DNA of 64,000 nt, taken from NCBI GenBank assembly GCA_910579265.1, contig CAJTTE010000004.1:30449-94448 (forward strand). Direction: 5' to 3'. Numbering within the stretch: position 1 is the stretch's first letter; each line of letters starts with the position of its first letter. The position numbers were made by a program, and so were the translations under genes. This stretch comes from an uncultured Ruminiclostridium sp. (GTDB taxonomy: Bacteria > Bacillota > Clostridia > Oscillospirales > Ruminococcaceae). The notes under the pieces were generated by a model. It was not told the DNA's origin. It did not search any database and worked only from the letters and a program-made list of their open reading frames with translations. This document shows positions 1-9,670 of the stretch, one piece after another.

Positions 1-444
1 GAAATTATTGTAGTCGGTACATTTATCGGGGATACGGAGCAGGAAGAGATTTACCAATATGATAGTCACTTTGGTAAGGATGTTCTGGCAACCGTTGTTT
101 CTAAAAATTATATCAAAGTTTCTAAGGTAATAAAGGGGAATGTCGATATAGGGGATACCGTTGCGATAACACAAAGATACGGCGTGGTGGACGACCAATT
201 CATAGCAATAAGCAGGCTTACACCTATGTTAAAAGACGATGCCTGGATTTTTTTCCTTTCCGAAAATAATGAAGTAGGCGCAGGAGCATATCATTGTACC
301 GGAGATAATGACTGACGTTATCCTCTGGAGAATTTCGATTATAAAAAAATATCTTTAACCGACAATGAGAATCTTGGAGTTTTTAATAAAGAGGACTTCA
401 GAGAAGAGATCTATAAAGAGATATTGAAAAAGTATGATATTTAA
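1..444 (+). pseudogene. 3' part of a gene for an extracytoplasmic domain related to the anti-sigma at 19856-21814; in-frame TGA at 313-315
   Basis: Frame 1 reads EIIVVGTF...KVSKVIKG...SRLTPMLKDDAWIFFL...GDND*RYP...IYKEILKKYDI*. It aligns by eye to LIVMGTF...KVEKVLKG...SQLTPMIMGDSWVYFL...NDYEGRYP in the 652-aa protein, so the stop replaces a Gly. Confidence 0.7.
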
Positions 445-464
445 AAAAGTCTGATTACGGTAAT

Positions 465-497
465 AAAAAGAGAAAGCAAGTAGGCTTTCTCTTTTTA
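465..497. terminator. Intrinsic terminator, probably bidirectional
   Basis: AAAAAGAGAAAGC-loop-GCTTTCTCTTTTT between convergent genes. Confidence 0.7.
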
Positions 498-530
498 TTT
501 TTAAATATCTTAAATTTCATTTTTATTATA

Positions 531-710
531 GCTATTTTAAAACAAAGCAAGCTTTTAAAGCTATGCTAAAACGTGGCTATTTCAAGGAAAAAAGCTGAGA
601 AATACGAGGGTATTTCTCAGCTATCCCTTTGGGATAACTATTGTCATTCTTTGATGCGGAAGGCGTCCGTAGTCGGTAGATGCTTTGCAATTTGCGGTTT
701 TTCAGACAGC
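531..710 (+). repeat. Dispersed palindromic element family 1, copy a (long subtype)
   Basis: AAAACAAAGCAA...GAGAAATAC-N4-GTATTTC...TATCCCTTTGGGATA...TTTGCGGTTTTTCAGACAGC; six further copies in the window. Confidence 0.85.
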
Positions 711-744
711 ATCTGATTTTAATTGTTTTAATGCCATTTGAACG

Positions 745-1479
745 TCATTTGATCGAAAGTGACATATTGCCGTAATCAAAGCTAAAGGTAATATTTCTTC
801 TGTTGTCAGTTAAGGAACAGTTTTCTCCGTTGCAGGAAAAGTCTCCGGAAAGGTTCATGGCAACGGAGGTTTTTGTTCCAACAAGTTCCTCGTCTACATT
901 ACTGAAAAACCATTTTAATTCGTGGTTTTGGGTAATGGTATAAAATGTGGTGTCATATCCTGTTTCATCGTTTCCGTACATTGCGGCAATTAACGGACAG
1001 AACTTTTCGTTATATTTTATGTCAAATACTCTAATAAAGCTGTCAAAATCTGATTTATCAAGCTTCAAATCGCCCTGACTTACCTTGTCGGGATTAAAAT
1101 GAAAGGAATCCAGACCTATTTCTCTTTCGTCATCGATCACTCTTAATGCAATACCGCGCAAAAATATACTTTCAGGGAAATCTTCAACCTTGGTATAAAC
1201 ATATTCTCCCACAAGCTGAACGGAATAATTATTCCACTTATTTTCAAAGAGAACGACATTAGTTTTACCCCTTGCCTCTAAACCGAGACTATCCGGAGCA
1301 TCGGAAAAATCCGGAAGATCAGTTTCGTTTAAATATACATATTTATCCCATTCATTCGGCACATCGTTTGACGTTGAACAGCCGCAAAGAAATGTGGATA
1401 TGAATGTTAAGCAGATCAGAATAGATAAAAGTTTTTCAATAATCATCTTTATCATCTCCATGTTATTTATGAATTTCAA
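745..1479 (-). CDS. Lipoprotein of unknown function, weak paralogue of 18534-19379
   Basis: Signal peptide with lipobox LCGC; start may be a downstream ATG. Confidence 0.8.
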   Translation of the reverse strand: MKFINNMEMIKMIIEKLLSILICLTFISTFLCGCSTSNDVPNEWDKYVYLNETDLPDFSDAPDSLGLEARGKTNVVLFENKWNNYSVQLVGEYVYTKVEDFPESIFLRGIALRVIDDEREIGLDSFHFNPDKVSQGDLKLDKSDFDSFIRVFDIKYNEKFCPLIAAMYGNDETGYDTTFYTITQNHELKWFFSNVDEELVGTKTSVAMNLSGDFSCNGENCSLTDNRRNITFSFDYGNMSLSIK

Positions 1480-1523
1480 GCTTTCGCTATAATGGAAAGT
1501 TTATTTTTAAATTTAAGCTCCGC

Positions 1524-1959
1524 TTAATTCATTGTATAGATATATTCGCCCTCGGGTACGGGGGTATATACGGATATCCAACCGTCATAGTTTACAAGGT
1601 TATTAAATTCGTTCATGGATATAGTGTGGAAGCCGTTATATCTTAAATCATAGTGCGGATCTACTAATGTAACCGTATTGTTATTGTGGTCTACTTCGCA
1701 AATAGTCACATAATGAGTAAATGAAGCTCCATCATAATATTTTAAAACTTTTGTGTCAGAAATTCGGATTATGGGAGCGTAGCCGTACATTAAACTTTTG
1801 CTTACCATACCTAATGCTTTATCATATGTATACTTTGTAAAGGCTTTGTTAAATCGACGCTGTCGGTTCTATGCTATAATACTGTTTTGCCGACACGCAA
1901 GAAAATGAAAGCATTAACAGCATTGAAATAAAAGTAAGATGGATTCTTAAAATCTTCAT
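1524..1959 (-). pseudogene. Internally deleted secreted C39-like (papain-fold) peptidase
   Basis: ATG at 1959 gives a signal peptide (MKILRIHLTFISMLLMLSFSCVSA) that stops soon after. Another frame gives a C-terminal THYVTICEVD...LVDPHY His/Asp motif. No catalytic Cys region lies between them. Confidence 0.6.
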
Positions 1960-2133
1960 GATAATGATTTTCATATTATAAATTTACATATATATTATAT
2001 ACTATTTTCGCATTTTTTGTCAATATATAGAATTTACAAAATCGTATACTGAAATTATGCACTATAATACAATTGTGTCTTGGTGTAAAAACGGACGAAA
2101 AGGAACGAAGGCTATATATTTTTCATTCGGGTA

Positions 2134-2161
2134 TTGACAAAGCTGAAAAAAAGGATATAAT
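2134..2161 (+). promoter_or_regulatory. Sigma-A promoter of the hyd maturation operon
   Basis: TTGACA-N16-TATAAT. Confidence 0.75.
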
Positions 2162-2169
2162 TAAAAACG

Positions 2170-2282
2170 TAAAATTATTCACTGACGCTAAAACTTAAAA
2201 CTTGAGGCGGAAGGGCTGAACATCAATGTCCGTTTATGACGGTATTTCCGCGCCCTTTTATGCCAAAGGGCGCTTTTATTTT
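2170..2282 (+). promoter_or_regulatory. Structured leader with premature terminator (candidate attenuator)
   Basis: GCGCCCTTT/AAAGGGCGC hairpin plus U-tract at 2250-2282, between promoter and first gene; AAGGGC (2211-2216) can pair with the 5' arm. Confidence 0.55.
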
Positions 2283-2311
2283 ATCATCAATCATCAGAGA
2301 CGGGAGGAAGT

Positions 2312-2575
2312 ATGAACAAACAGGAGACCAGAGTAGCAGTCATCGGGGTCATTGTGGAAAACGAAAACTCCGTAGACGAGCTTAACCGTTTGCTTCATGA
2401 TTACGGAAGCTTTATCATAGGCAGAATGGGAGTACCCTATCGCAGTAAGGGCATAAATATAATCAGTCTTGCGGTAGATGCTCCGCAAGAGATTATAAGC
2501 GCCCTTTCGGGAAAGATAGGGCGGCTGACAGGCGTCAGCGCAAAAACCGCCTATTCGACTCAAAGGAAGGAATGA
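2312..2575 (+). CDS. TM1266-family iron-only hydrogenase system regulator
   Basis: ETRVAVIGVIVE...IIGRMGVPY...ISALSGKIGRL motif; directly upstream of hydE and hydG. Confidence 0.9.
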   Translation: MNKQETRVAVIGVIVENENSVDELNRLLHDYGSFIIGRMGVPYRSKGINIISLAVDAPQEIISALSGKIGRLTGVSAKTAYSTQRKE

Positions 2576-2579
2576 TTTT

Positions 2580-3638
2580 ATGCTGACCGAAACGGCCGAA
2601 CACGGTGAGCTGATAGAGCGTCTTTATTCATTTTCAGACCTTTCCGATACCCGGCTTCGAGAGCTTATAGACGACAGAACCGAGGCGGATGCAGAGCTGT
2701 TGGCTCAAAGGGCAAGAGAGAGATGTGAAGAGATTTACGGAAACGATGTTTTTATGAGAGGACTTATCGAAATTTCCTCTTATTGCAAAAACGATTGTTT
2801 ATACTGCGGTATCAGAAGAAGCAATAAAAATGCGGAAAGATACAGGCTTGATCCGGAACAGATACTGGATTGCTGCGAAACCGGCTATGCACTCGGCTTC
2901 AGAACCTTTGTTTTACAAGGCGGAGAGGACGGATATTATAACGATGAGCTGCTTTGCAGCTTGATCGGAAAAATTAAGAGCAGTTATCCCGATTGCGCCG
3001 TTACCCTGTCTCTTGGGGAAAGAACGGCGGAAAGCTATAAACGTCTGTACGATGCGGGAGCGGACAGATATTTGCTTCGGCATGAAACGGCGGATAAGGA
3101 GCACTATGAAATGCTGCATCCCGCCGGATTATCTCTCGAAAAACGCATTGAATGCCTTAAGGAGCTTAAATCGATCGGATATCAGACAGGCTGCGGCTTT
3201 ATGGTTGGATCTCCATATCAGACGACCGATCATATAATTAAAGATCTAAGATTTATAAAAAGCTTTGAGCCCCATATGGTGGGCATAGGTCCTTTTATTC
3301 CTCATAAGGACACCCCTTTTAAGGATGATCCGGCGGGTACTGCGGAGCTTACGCTGTATCTGCTTTCGATAATAAGGCTGCTTTTGCCGAAAGTCCTGCT
3401 TCCCGCCACCACCGCATTGGGCACGATCGATCCTATGGGAAGGGAGAAGGGAATTCTTGCAGGCGCAAATGTTGTAATGCCGAATCTATCTCCTGCCCAA
3501 GTAAGAAAAAAATACTCCCTTTATAACGGAAAAGTTTGTACGGGGGAGGAAGCGGCGGAGCATGTTAAGGAACTTAAATCAAGAATAGAAACCACAGGAA
3601 GAAAACTGACAGCAGCAAAAGGCGATTTTGCTTTCTGA
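2580..3638 (+). CDS. hydE: [FeFe]-hydrogenase maturase radical SAM HydE
   Basis: RGLIEISSYCKNDCLYCGIR, YLLRHET, GIGPFIPH, GANVVMPN. Confidence 0.93.
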   Translation: MLTETAEHGELIERLYSFSDLSDTRLRELIDDRTEADAELLAQRARERCEEIYGNDVFMRGLIEISSYCKNDCLYCGIRRSNKNAERYRLDPEQILDCCETGYALGFRTFVLQGGEDGYYNDELLCSLIGKIKSSYPDCAVTLSLGERTAESYKRLYDAGADRYLLRHETADKEHYEMLHPAGLSLEKRIECLKELKSIGYQTGCGFMVGSPYQTTDHIIKDLRFIKSFEPHMVGIGPFIPHKDTPFKDDPAGTAELTLYLLSIIRLLLPKVLLPATTALGTIDPMGREKGILAGANVVMPNLSPAQVRKKYSLYNGKVCTGEEAAEHVKELKSRIETTGRKLTAAKGDFAF

Positions 3639-3724
3639 CCGAAGCCGCTGAGCGGTCACGACCGGTTTATAATAAAATCGCAATATTTTCACCGCATAAA
3701 AAAATATTGAAAGGAAAAGGAAAA

Positions 3725-5143
3725 ATGTACAATCCCAAATCACTTAAGGCTGAGGAATTTATTTCAGATGAAGAGATAAAGGAAACTCTTGAATATGCCG
3801 AAAAAAATAAGGACAACTTAGAGCTTGTATCCGAAATCATTGAAAAAGCAAAGCTCAGGAAGGGGCTTTCCCATAGAGAGGCTTCGGTTTTGCTTGCCTG
3901 TGACAACCGGGAAAAGGTAAACGAGATTTTTGACCTTGCCCAACAGATAAAAAAGGATTTTTACGGCAACAGAATAGTTATGTTTGCACCTCTTTATCTC
4001 TCCAACTACTGTGTGAACGGATGCTTATACTGCCCCTATCATCTTAAGAACAAGCACATCCCGAGAAAAAAGCTTACTCAGGAGGAGGTCAAAAATGAAG
4101 TAATTGCGCTTCAGGATATGGGGCATAAGAGACTTGCCATCGAGGCTGGAGAAGATCCGGTGAATAATCCCATAGAATACATTCTTGAATGCATCGATAC
4201 AATTTACGGCATCAAGCATAAAAACGGTGCTATCAGGCGTGTGAACGTTAATATTGCGGCTACCACCGTTGAAAATTACAAAAAGCTTCATGAAGCGGGA
4301 ATAGGCACATACATACTGTTTCAGGAAACCTATCACAAGGAAAGCTATGAGACGCTTCATCCAACGGGACCTAAGCACGATTATGCGTACCATACCGAAG
4401 CGATGGACAGAGCAATGGAAGGCGGAATAGACGATGTAGGCCTAGGCGTATTATTTGGTCTGGAGCTTTACAAATATGAGTTTGCAGGGCTGCTCATGCA
4501 TGCCGAGCACCTTGAAGCGGTTCACGGGGTAGGTCCTCACACTATCAGCGTACCACGGCTTAAGCGCGCCGACGATATTGATCCCGACAAATTTGACAAC
4601 GGCATAAGCGATGAAATATTTGCGAAGATCTGCGCTTGTATAAGACTTGCCGTACCTTATACGGGAATGATTATTTCAACCCGTGAGAGCAAGGCTGTCC
4701 GTGAAAAGGTGATACGCTTAGGTGTGTCTCAGATAAGCGGCGGATCAAAAACCAGTGTGGGCGGTTACTACGAACCTGAGCCGGAGGATGAAAGCAGCGA
4801 GCAGTTTGACGTTTCAGACAAGAGAACCCTTGACGAGGTAGTTCGCTGGCTTATGGAAATCGGGTACATTCCCAGCTTCTGTACCGCATGCTACCGTGAG
4901 GGAAGAACGGGAGACCGTTTTATGAGTCTGTGCAAAAGCGGACAAATTCAAAACTGCTGTCATCCCAACGCTTTGATGACACTTAAAGAATATCTCGTGG
5001 ACTATGCAAGTCCCGAAACAAGGAAAATTGGCGAAGAGCTTATTGAAAAAGAACTCCGCAACATTCCGAAGGACAAGGTAAGACAAATAGCTTCCGACTA
5101 TCTTAAGGAGATCGAGGAAGGAAAAAGAGATTTCAGGTTCTGA
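3725..5143 (+). CDS. hydG: [FeFe]-hydrogenase maturase radical SAM HydG
   Basis: FAPLYLSNYCVNGCLYC, PSFCTACYR...CHPNAL, C-terminal RDFRF; ATG at 3725. Confidence 0.95.
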   Translation: MYNPKSLKAEEFISDEEIKETLEYAEKNKDNLELVSEIIEKAKLRKGLSHREASVLLACDNREKVNEIFDLAQQIKKDFYGNRIVMFAPLYLSNYCVNGCLYCPYHLKNKHIPRKKLTQEEVKNEVIALQDMGHKRLAIEAGEDPVNNPIEYILECIDTIYGIKHKNGAIRRVNVNIAATTVENYKKLHEAGIGTYILFQETYHKESYETLHPTGPKHDYAYHTEAMDRAMEGGIDDVGLGVLFGLELYKYEFAGLLMHAEHLEAVHGVGPHTISVPRLKRADDIDPDKFDNGISDEIFAKICACIRLAVPYTGMIISTRESKAVREKVIRLGVSQISGGSKTSVGGYYEPEPEDESSEQFDVSDKRTLDEVVRWLMEIGYIPSFCTACYREGRTGDRFMSLCKSGQIQNCCHPNALMTLKEYLVDYASPETRKIGEELIEKELRNIPKDKVRQIASDYLKEIEEGKRDFRF

Positions 5144-5371
5144 GACGGCTTTAAAGCATGTTTTCGTTTTGAAAGCCGTTAAGCAGGAGCAGTTTAAGCT
5201 GATCTGTTCAATAATATTGCACTATATTTGATATTTTAGGCGTTACAGCGCTTTTAAGAAAAAAGAAAACACATATAACAAAATAACCGCAGTTTTTCTG
5301 CGGTTATTTTTTCGGCTTAAGTCAATAATATCAATATCACAAAATTTTTTTCTTCTTATCATTTTTTGATA

Positions 5372-5400
5372 TTGACAAAGGAGGAAGAAAGTGGTAAAAT
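5372..5400 (+). promoter_or_regulatory. Sigma-A promoter of the alcohol dehydrogenase gene
   Basis: TTGACA-N17-TAAAAT with extended TG. Confidence 0.75.
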
Positions 5401-5404
5401 GTAA

Positions 5405-5422
5405 TTGTTAAAAAATTAACAC
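5405..5422. promoter_or_regulatory. Rex operator
   Basis: TTGTTAA-AAAA-TTAACAC, one mismatch from the clostridial Rex box TTGTTAA-N4-TTAACAA; just downstream of the -10 of an NADH-consuming enzyme gene. Confidence 0.75.
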
Positions 5423-5467
5423 TCCCGTTTGGAACAGGAGCAGTTTATTTCAGGAGGTATTTGTACT

Positions 5468-6685
5468 ATGGCACGTTTTACACTTCCACGTGATCTTTAT
5501 CACGGCAAAGGCGCTCTGGAGGCACTTAAGACATTTCAGGGCAAGAGGGCTATGATTTGCGTAGGCGGAGGCTCTATGAAAAAGTTCGGTTTCCTTGATA
5601 AGGTCGTTGCTTATCTTAAGGAGGCGGGAATGGAGGTTGAGCTCTTTGAGGGAATAGAACCGGATCCTTCTGTAGATACTGTTATGAAGGGCGCGGAGGC
5701 TATGCTGAAATTTGAACCGGACTGGATCATAGCTATCGGAGGAGGTTCTCCTATCGATGCGGCGAAAGCAATGTGGATAAAATATGAATATCCCGATATC
5801 ACGTTTGAAGAGATGTGCAAGGTGTTCGGAATTCCGAGCCTCAGACGCAAGGCGCATTTCTGCGCTATTTCATCGACCTCCGGAACGGCTACCGAGGTAA
5901 CTGCATTTTCTATTATTACCGACTATAACAAGGGAATCAAGTATCCCATTGCCGATTTCGAGATCACTCCCGACGTCGCTATCGTTGATCCCGACCTTGC
6001 CGAGACCATGCCCAAAAAGCTTGTTGCTCATACCGGTATGGATGCAATGACTCATTCGGTAGAGGCTTATGTTTCTACAGCACACTGTGATTATACCGAT
6101 CCTCTTGCGCTTCACGCGATTAAGATGATACAGGATGATCTGGTAGATTCCTATAACGGAGATATGAGCAAAAGAGACAGCATGCACAACGCTCAATGCC
6201 TCGCAGGTATGGCTTTCTCAAATGCATTACTCGGCATAGTTCATTCAATGGCGCATAAAACCGGTGCGGCTTTTGCCGACAAGGGCGCTCATATTATTCA
6301 CGGAGCGGCAAACGCAATGTATCTTCCCAAAGTAATCGCCTTTAATGCAAAAAATCCCGAGGCGGCAGAGCGTTACGGAGAAATTGCCGATCATATGAAG
6401 TTAGGCGGAAATACCAATGAGGAAAAAGTCAAGCTCCTTATCGATTATCTGCGCAAGATGAACGATGATCTTAATATTCCTCACTGCATCAAGAATTACG
6501 GTGCGGACAGCTATCCTGCCGAACAGGGCTTTGTTCCTGAGGATGTTTTCCTTGAGAGGCTTCACGATATCGCAGTCAACGCTATCGGCGACGCTTGCAC
6601 CGGCTCAAATCCCCGTCAGCCCTCTGTTGAGGAAATGGAGAAGCTGCTTAAATGCTGCTATTATGATACTGAGGTGGATTTCTGA
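5468..6685 (+). CDS. Iron-containing alcohol dehydrogenase (butanol dehydrogenase-like)
   Basis: GGGSPIDAAK, TSGTATEVT, GMDAMTH, GIVHSMAH, HGAANA; AGGAGG RBS before ATG 5468. Confidence 0.92.
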   Translation: MARFTLPRDLYHGKGALEALKTFQGKRAMICVGGGSMKKFGFLDKVVAYLKEAGMEVELFEGIEPDPSVDTVMKGAEAMLKFEPDWIIAIGGGSPIDAAKAMWIKYEYPDITFEEMCKVFGIPSLRRKAHFCAISSTSGTATEVTAFSIITDYNKGIKYPIADFEITPDVAIVDPDLAETMPKKLVAHTGMDAMTHSVEAYVSTAHCDYTDPLALHAIKMIQDDLVDSYNGDMSKRDSMHNAQCLAGMAFSNALLGIVHSMAHKTGAAFADKGAHIIHGAANAMYLPKVIAFNAKNPEAAERYGEIADHMKLGGNTNEEKVKLLIDYLRKMNDDLNIPHCIKNYGADSYPAEQGFVPEDVFLERLHDIAVNAIGDACTGSNPRQPSVEEMEKLLKCCYYDTEVDF

Positions 6686-6947
6686 TTTAACCCGGCTTAA
6701 ATATAAAATAAGAATCGCCTCTCGTTTTACGGGAGGCAATTCTTTTACGGTTTTTTGTTCAAATACAAATAGGATCAGAACGATACCCGAAAATGAAAGA
6801 ATATTTCGAAAAGCGGGAAAAGGGCTATACCGGAGGCCTTACGCAAAAAGCGTTATCATCGAAAAAACGCGCTATGATCTTACCGGTCATTTTGGTGATA
6901 AGGCATTCATTACCGTAAAATTGATTCAGAGTCCCGCAAGGATCAAG

Positions 6948-7128
6948 TTAAGTCAATACCGCACAATGACCGCCTGACGGCTTTGCGTGCGGCTTGCTTG
7001 CATATTTTCCGACATCTTACACAAAATTCTCCTTGAAATACGTCAGTATTCCTGCGTTGAATTTATGCAAGCTTACGAAAAATCTGACTGCGCGATTCGC
7101 ACGCAATCATTGTGCTGTGTTGCCTTAA
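6948..7128. repeat. Dispersed palindromic element family 2, copy a
   Basis: Ends TTAAGTCAATACCGCACAATGA / TCATTGTGCTGTGTTGCCTTAA; near-identical copy at 38161-38340. Confidence 0.9.
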
Positions 7129-7134
7129 AAATGC

Positions 7135-9363
7135 TTATTCATCGCCGTAGTAATAGTAGAGTTCATCGCCTTCTATTCCGAAAAGAACAAAGTCTGTATA
7201 AAGTCCGTTTCCGTAATAATCGTAAATTTCAAATGAGTAATAATAATCGCCGTCGGGAAGAAAGCCCATTCCTATTTCGCTGTTGCCGTCATAGATATAT
7301 TTGTCGCCGTAATAGTAATCCACATATTCATATGTAACGGCATCATATGCGTCATAGTAGGGTTCTATGATGTCACCGGCTTTAAGCTGATACAGTTCTC
7401 TTGCGGCGCTTCCGTTTTCACTTATGCCGTCCCATGCTCCGAGTATTTCGGTAGTCATTCCGCTGTCTTTATATGATTGTTTTATCTTCAGGTTGGTATA
7501 TTCTTCGTTCAGGTAAATCGGAGCGGTATATATGTTGTAGTAATCATCTTCATCGTAGTTCGTTTCCACAAGATAAACACAAAGAGGCTGACCGTCGGGA
7601 AGCGTAAACCAAGAGCCGTCGAAATTATCCTTGCAGACACCGGTATCCCAATCAAGATCAACAAAATCGTCGGTTCCCAGATCGAGCATCATTTCCGGAC
7701 TTCCTTCTTCCCAATAGCTCATCATTATGTTGCAGTGGACGGTATCCAGGTCGTAAAGACAGTCGTCAGTAAGCTTAAACGTATAGCTTCCTTCGCTGTC
7801 AAGGTGGGGAGTTACTTCATATGTCAGGGCGCTGTTGCCGGCATCAAAGTTTATACCGTCTTCAGCCGATTCCCAATAGCCGTAGCCGCTGCCGGAAATT
7901 GATCCGTTGCTCCAGAATCCGGTGTCATCACCTGTCCAGCTGTCATACTCGTAGCCGTCAACGCTTCCGTTATTGCTGCTTCCGTAAGCGCATAGGTCCA
8001 CAAGACTCAGATAATACGGACTTATACAAATGTCCTTAAGTATATCAAGCTCATTGCTGCCCTGTACGCTTAACGGATAGTAAATGCACAGACCGCTTGC
8101 ATTCGCGGTATCAATTCCGTTTTTGCTGTATACGATGCAGTTATCCAACGCTTTAAGAGCAGCGGATACTTCGTCATTCGCCTCAGAAACGGAAGCACCG
8201 GCCAATGTAAGAAAATCTCCCGCATCAATCATATTCGTGTAGCCTTCCGTCTTATTATTTCCGCCGAAATTAAGAGAAGATTTACCGGCTTTAATAATAT
8301 CGGTCACACTGTTGTTATAGGCATATTCATAAACTTTTTTTGAGAAGCTGTTAAATGCGGTCAAAAATTCATCTGTTTTTGAAAGGTCGATTACCGACAA
8401 GGTCGCGTCATATTCTTCATCTGTATATACACATGCTTCATAGTATCCGTCGCATATGTACTTTCCCAGATCACCGCCGTTTGATGCGCCGCCTTTCAGA
8501 GCCTTGGCGAAGGATGTGTAATCCCAGCCGTTTCCGGACTCAAGGTTTTGAGATGCCAGCATGTATTTCGCATAGGGCGTCAGCATATTTGCCATTTCCG
8601 CCGTTGCCATAAGACACGCGTCACAGCCTATCAGTTCAAAACGCCCGGTCATATTTCCGAAAACGGAGGCAATAGCCGTGTCGATCTCTTTAAGAGAAAG
8701 CGAATCAAAGTCGTTGTTTTCATCGAAGCATACGCCGGTTATGCTTCCTCCGCCGTGGTTCCAGAGATCAAGGACCATAAATTCCGAGGAGTATTTTTCA
8801 AGGCTCCATTTCAGAAAATCCGAAAGGGTAGATGAAAGTCCCATATTAGTGGATTTTCCGCTGTATACCTCCTCGATCTCTCCGCCTTTTACTACAAATC
8901 TCTGTTTTGTTTTCGGCTTACATAAGTCATTAAACCATTCATCGGTTCCGTCGGCTTCCACAACAAAACGAAGATTGGCGCAATCCCTTGTGGCGTCAAT
9001 CATTTCATTAAGATCATCCGTAGCAGATCCCTGATCGCTTTCAAGATCGGTGGCGCACATATACACAAGAACCGTCCATATGCCTTTTTCTCCGGATGCC
9101 GCTTCACTTTCTTTTTTCAGCCTTGATATGGACAGAGCGTCATTTTCTTCTAATGCAAGTAAAGTTCCTCTCGAACCGGGAAGCGAATCAACGGGGGTGC
9201 CGCCGCCGTTTTGGGATGATGTTGCGGGAGGTGTTGACGATACTGCGGGGATACTTGTTCCCGATGTCTGAGTGGGATTTCTCGTTGATTCCGTACTGCA
9301 TCCGCAAAGCAGAAGACTGAGGCTGAGCGCGGCCAAAGTCATATTTGTAATCGCTTTTTTCAT
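7135..9363 (-). CDS. Clostripain-family (C11) cysteine peptidase lipoprotein
   Basis: Lipobox LCGC, WTVLVYMCATDLES, LWNHGGG (His), GCDACLMA (Cys). Confidence 0.9.
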   Translation of the reverse strand: MKKAITNMTLAALSLSLLLCGCSTESTRNPTQTSGTSIPAVSSTPPATSSQNGGGTPVDSLPGSRGTLLALEENDALSISRLKKESEAASGEKGIWTVLVYMCATDLESDQGSATDDLNEMIDATRDCANLRFVVEADGTDEWFNDLCKPKTKQRFVVKGGEIEEVYSGKSTNMGLSSTLSDFLKWSLEKYSSEFMVLDLWNHGGGSITGVCFDENNDFDSLSLKEIDTAIASVFGNMTGRFELIGCDACLMATAEMANMLTPYAKYMLASQNLESGNGWDYTSFAKALKGGASNGGDLGKYICDGYYEACVYTDEEYDATLSVIDLSKTDEFLTAFNSFSKKVYEYAYNNSVTDIIKAGKSSLNFGGNNKTEGYTNMIDAGDFLTLAGASVSEANDEVSAALKALDNCIVYSKNGIDTANASGLCIYYPLSVQGSNELDILKDICISPYYLSLVDLCAYGSSNNGSVDGYEYDSWTGDDTGFWSNGSISGSGYGYWESAEDGINFDAGNSALTYEVTPHLDSEGSYTFKLTDDCLYDLDTVHCNIMMSYWEEGSPEMMLDLGTDDFVDLDWDTGVCKDNFDGSWFTLPDGQPLCVYLVETNYDEDDYYNIYTAPIYLNEEYTNLKIKQSYKDSGMTTEILGAWDGISENGSAARELYQLKAGDIIEPYYDAYDAVTYEYVDYYYGDKYIYDGNSEIGMGFLPDGDYYYSFEIYDYYGNGLYTDFVLFGIEGDELYYYYGDE

Positions 9364-9670
9364 ATTTATCATTCCTTTTTAAGTTGTTTATCCGGTAGGT
9401 ACGGCATATTTCATATTACGGTTATCTTGAGGAAGCCTTTGTTCTCTGATCCGGATTATGCCGTAAATACGGCTGCATACATAACTTTTATTATTGTGAC
9501 AGGATGGGCGCGACACTTATGGTCGGATCGAGGGCTTTGAATCGTTGAATGAATACGGCTGCCGCTTTCTGAATATATGCATAACGGATATGGATCATTA
9601 TCTGAGGTCAAAAAGCTAAAGCTTGTGTGATTTGCACTTAATGAAATATAATACAGGCACGATGAAATTA

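Noticed and set aside
313..315. Genome-wide UGA-to-Gly recoding or selenocysteine
   Set aside because: TGA terminates well-conserved genes here (hydE, hydG, adh, purM, purH), and the aligned residue is Gly, not Cys.
2312..5143. Missing hydF as an anomaly
   Set aside because: hydF is often located elsewhere, and this cannot be judged from one window.
6987..7337. ORFs over palindromic elements (also 31412-31745, 42101-42525, 51831-52132)
   Set aside because: They are translations of the repeats or antisense to real genes, with no protein motifs.
7477..9320. Antisense and overlapping short ORFs throughout the ORF track
   Set aside because: Shadow frames of well-supported genes; no independent evidence.
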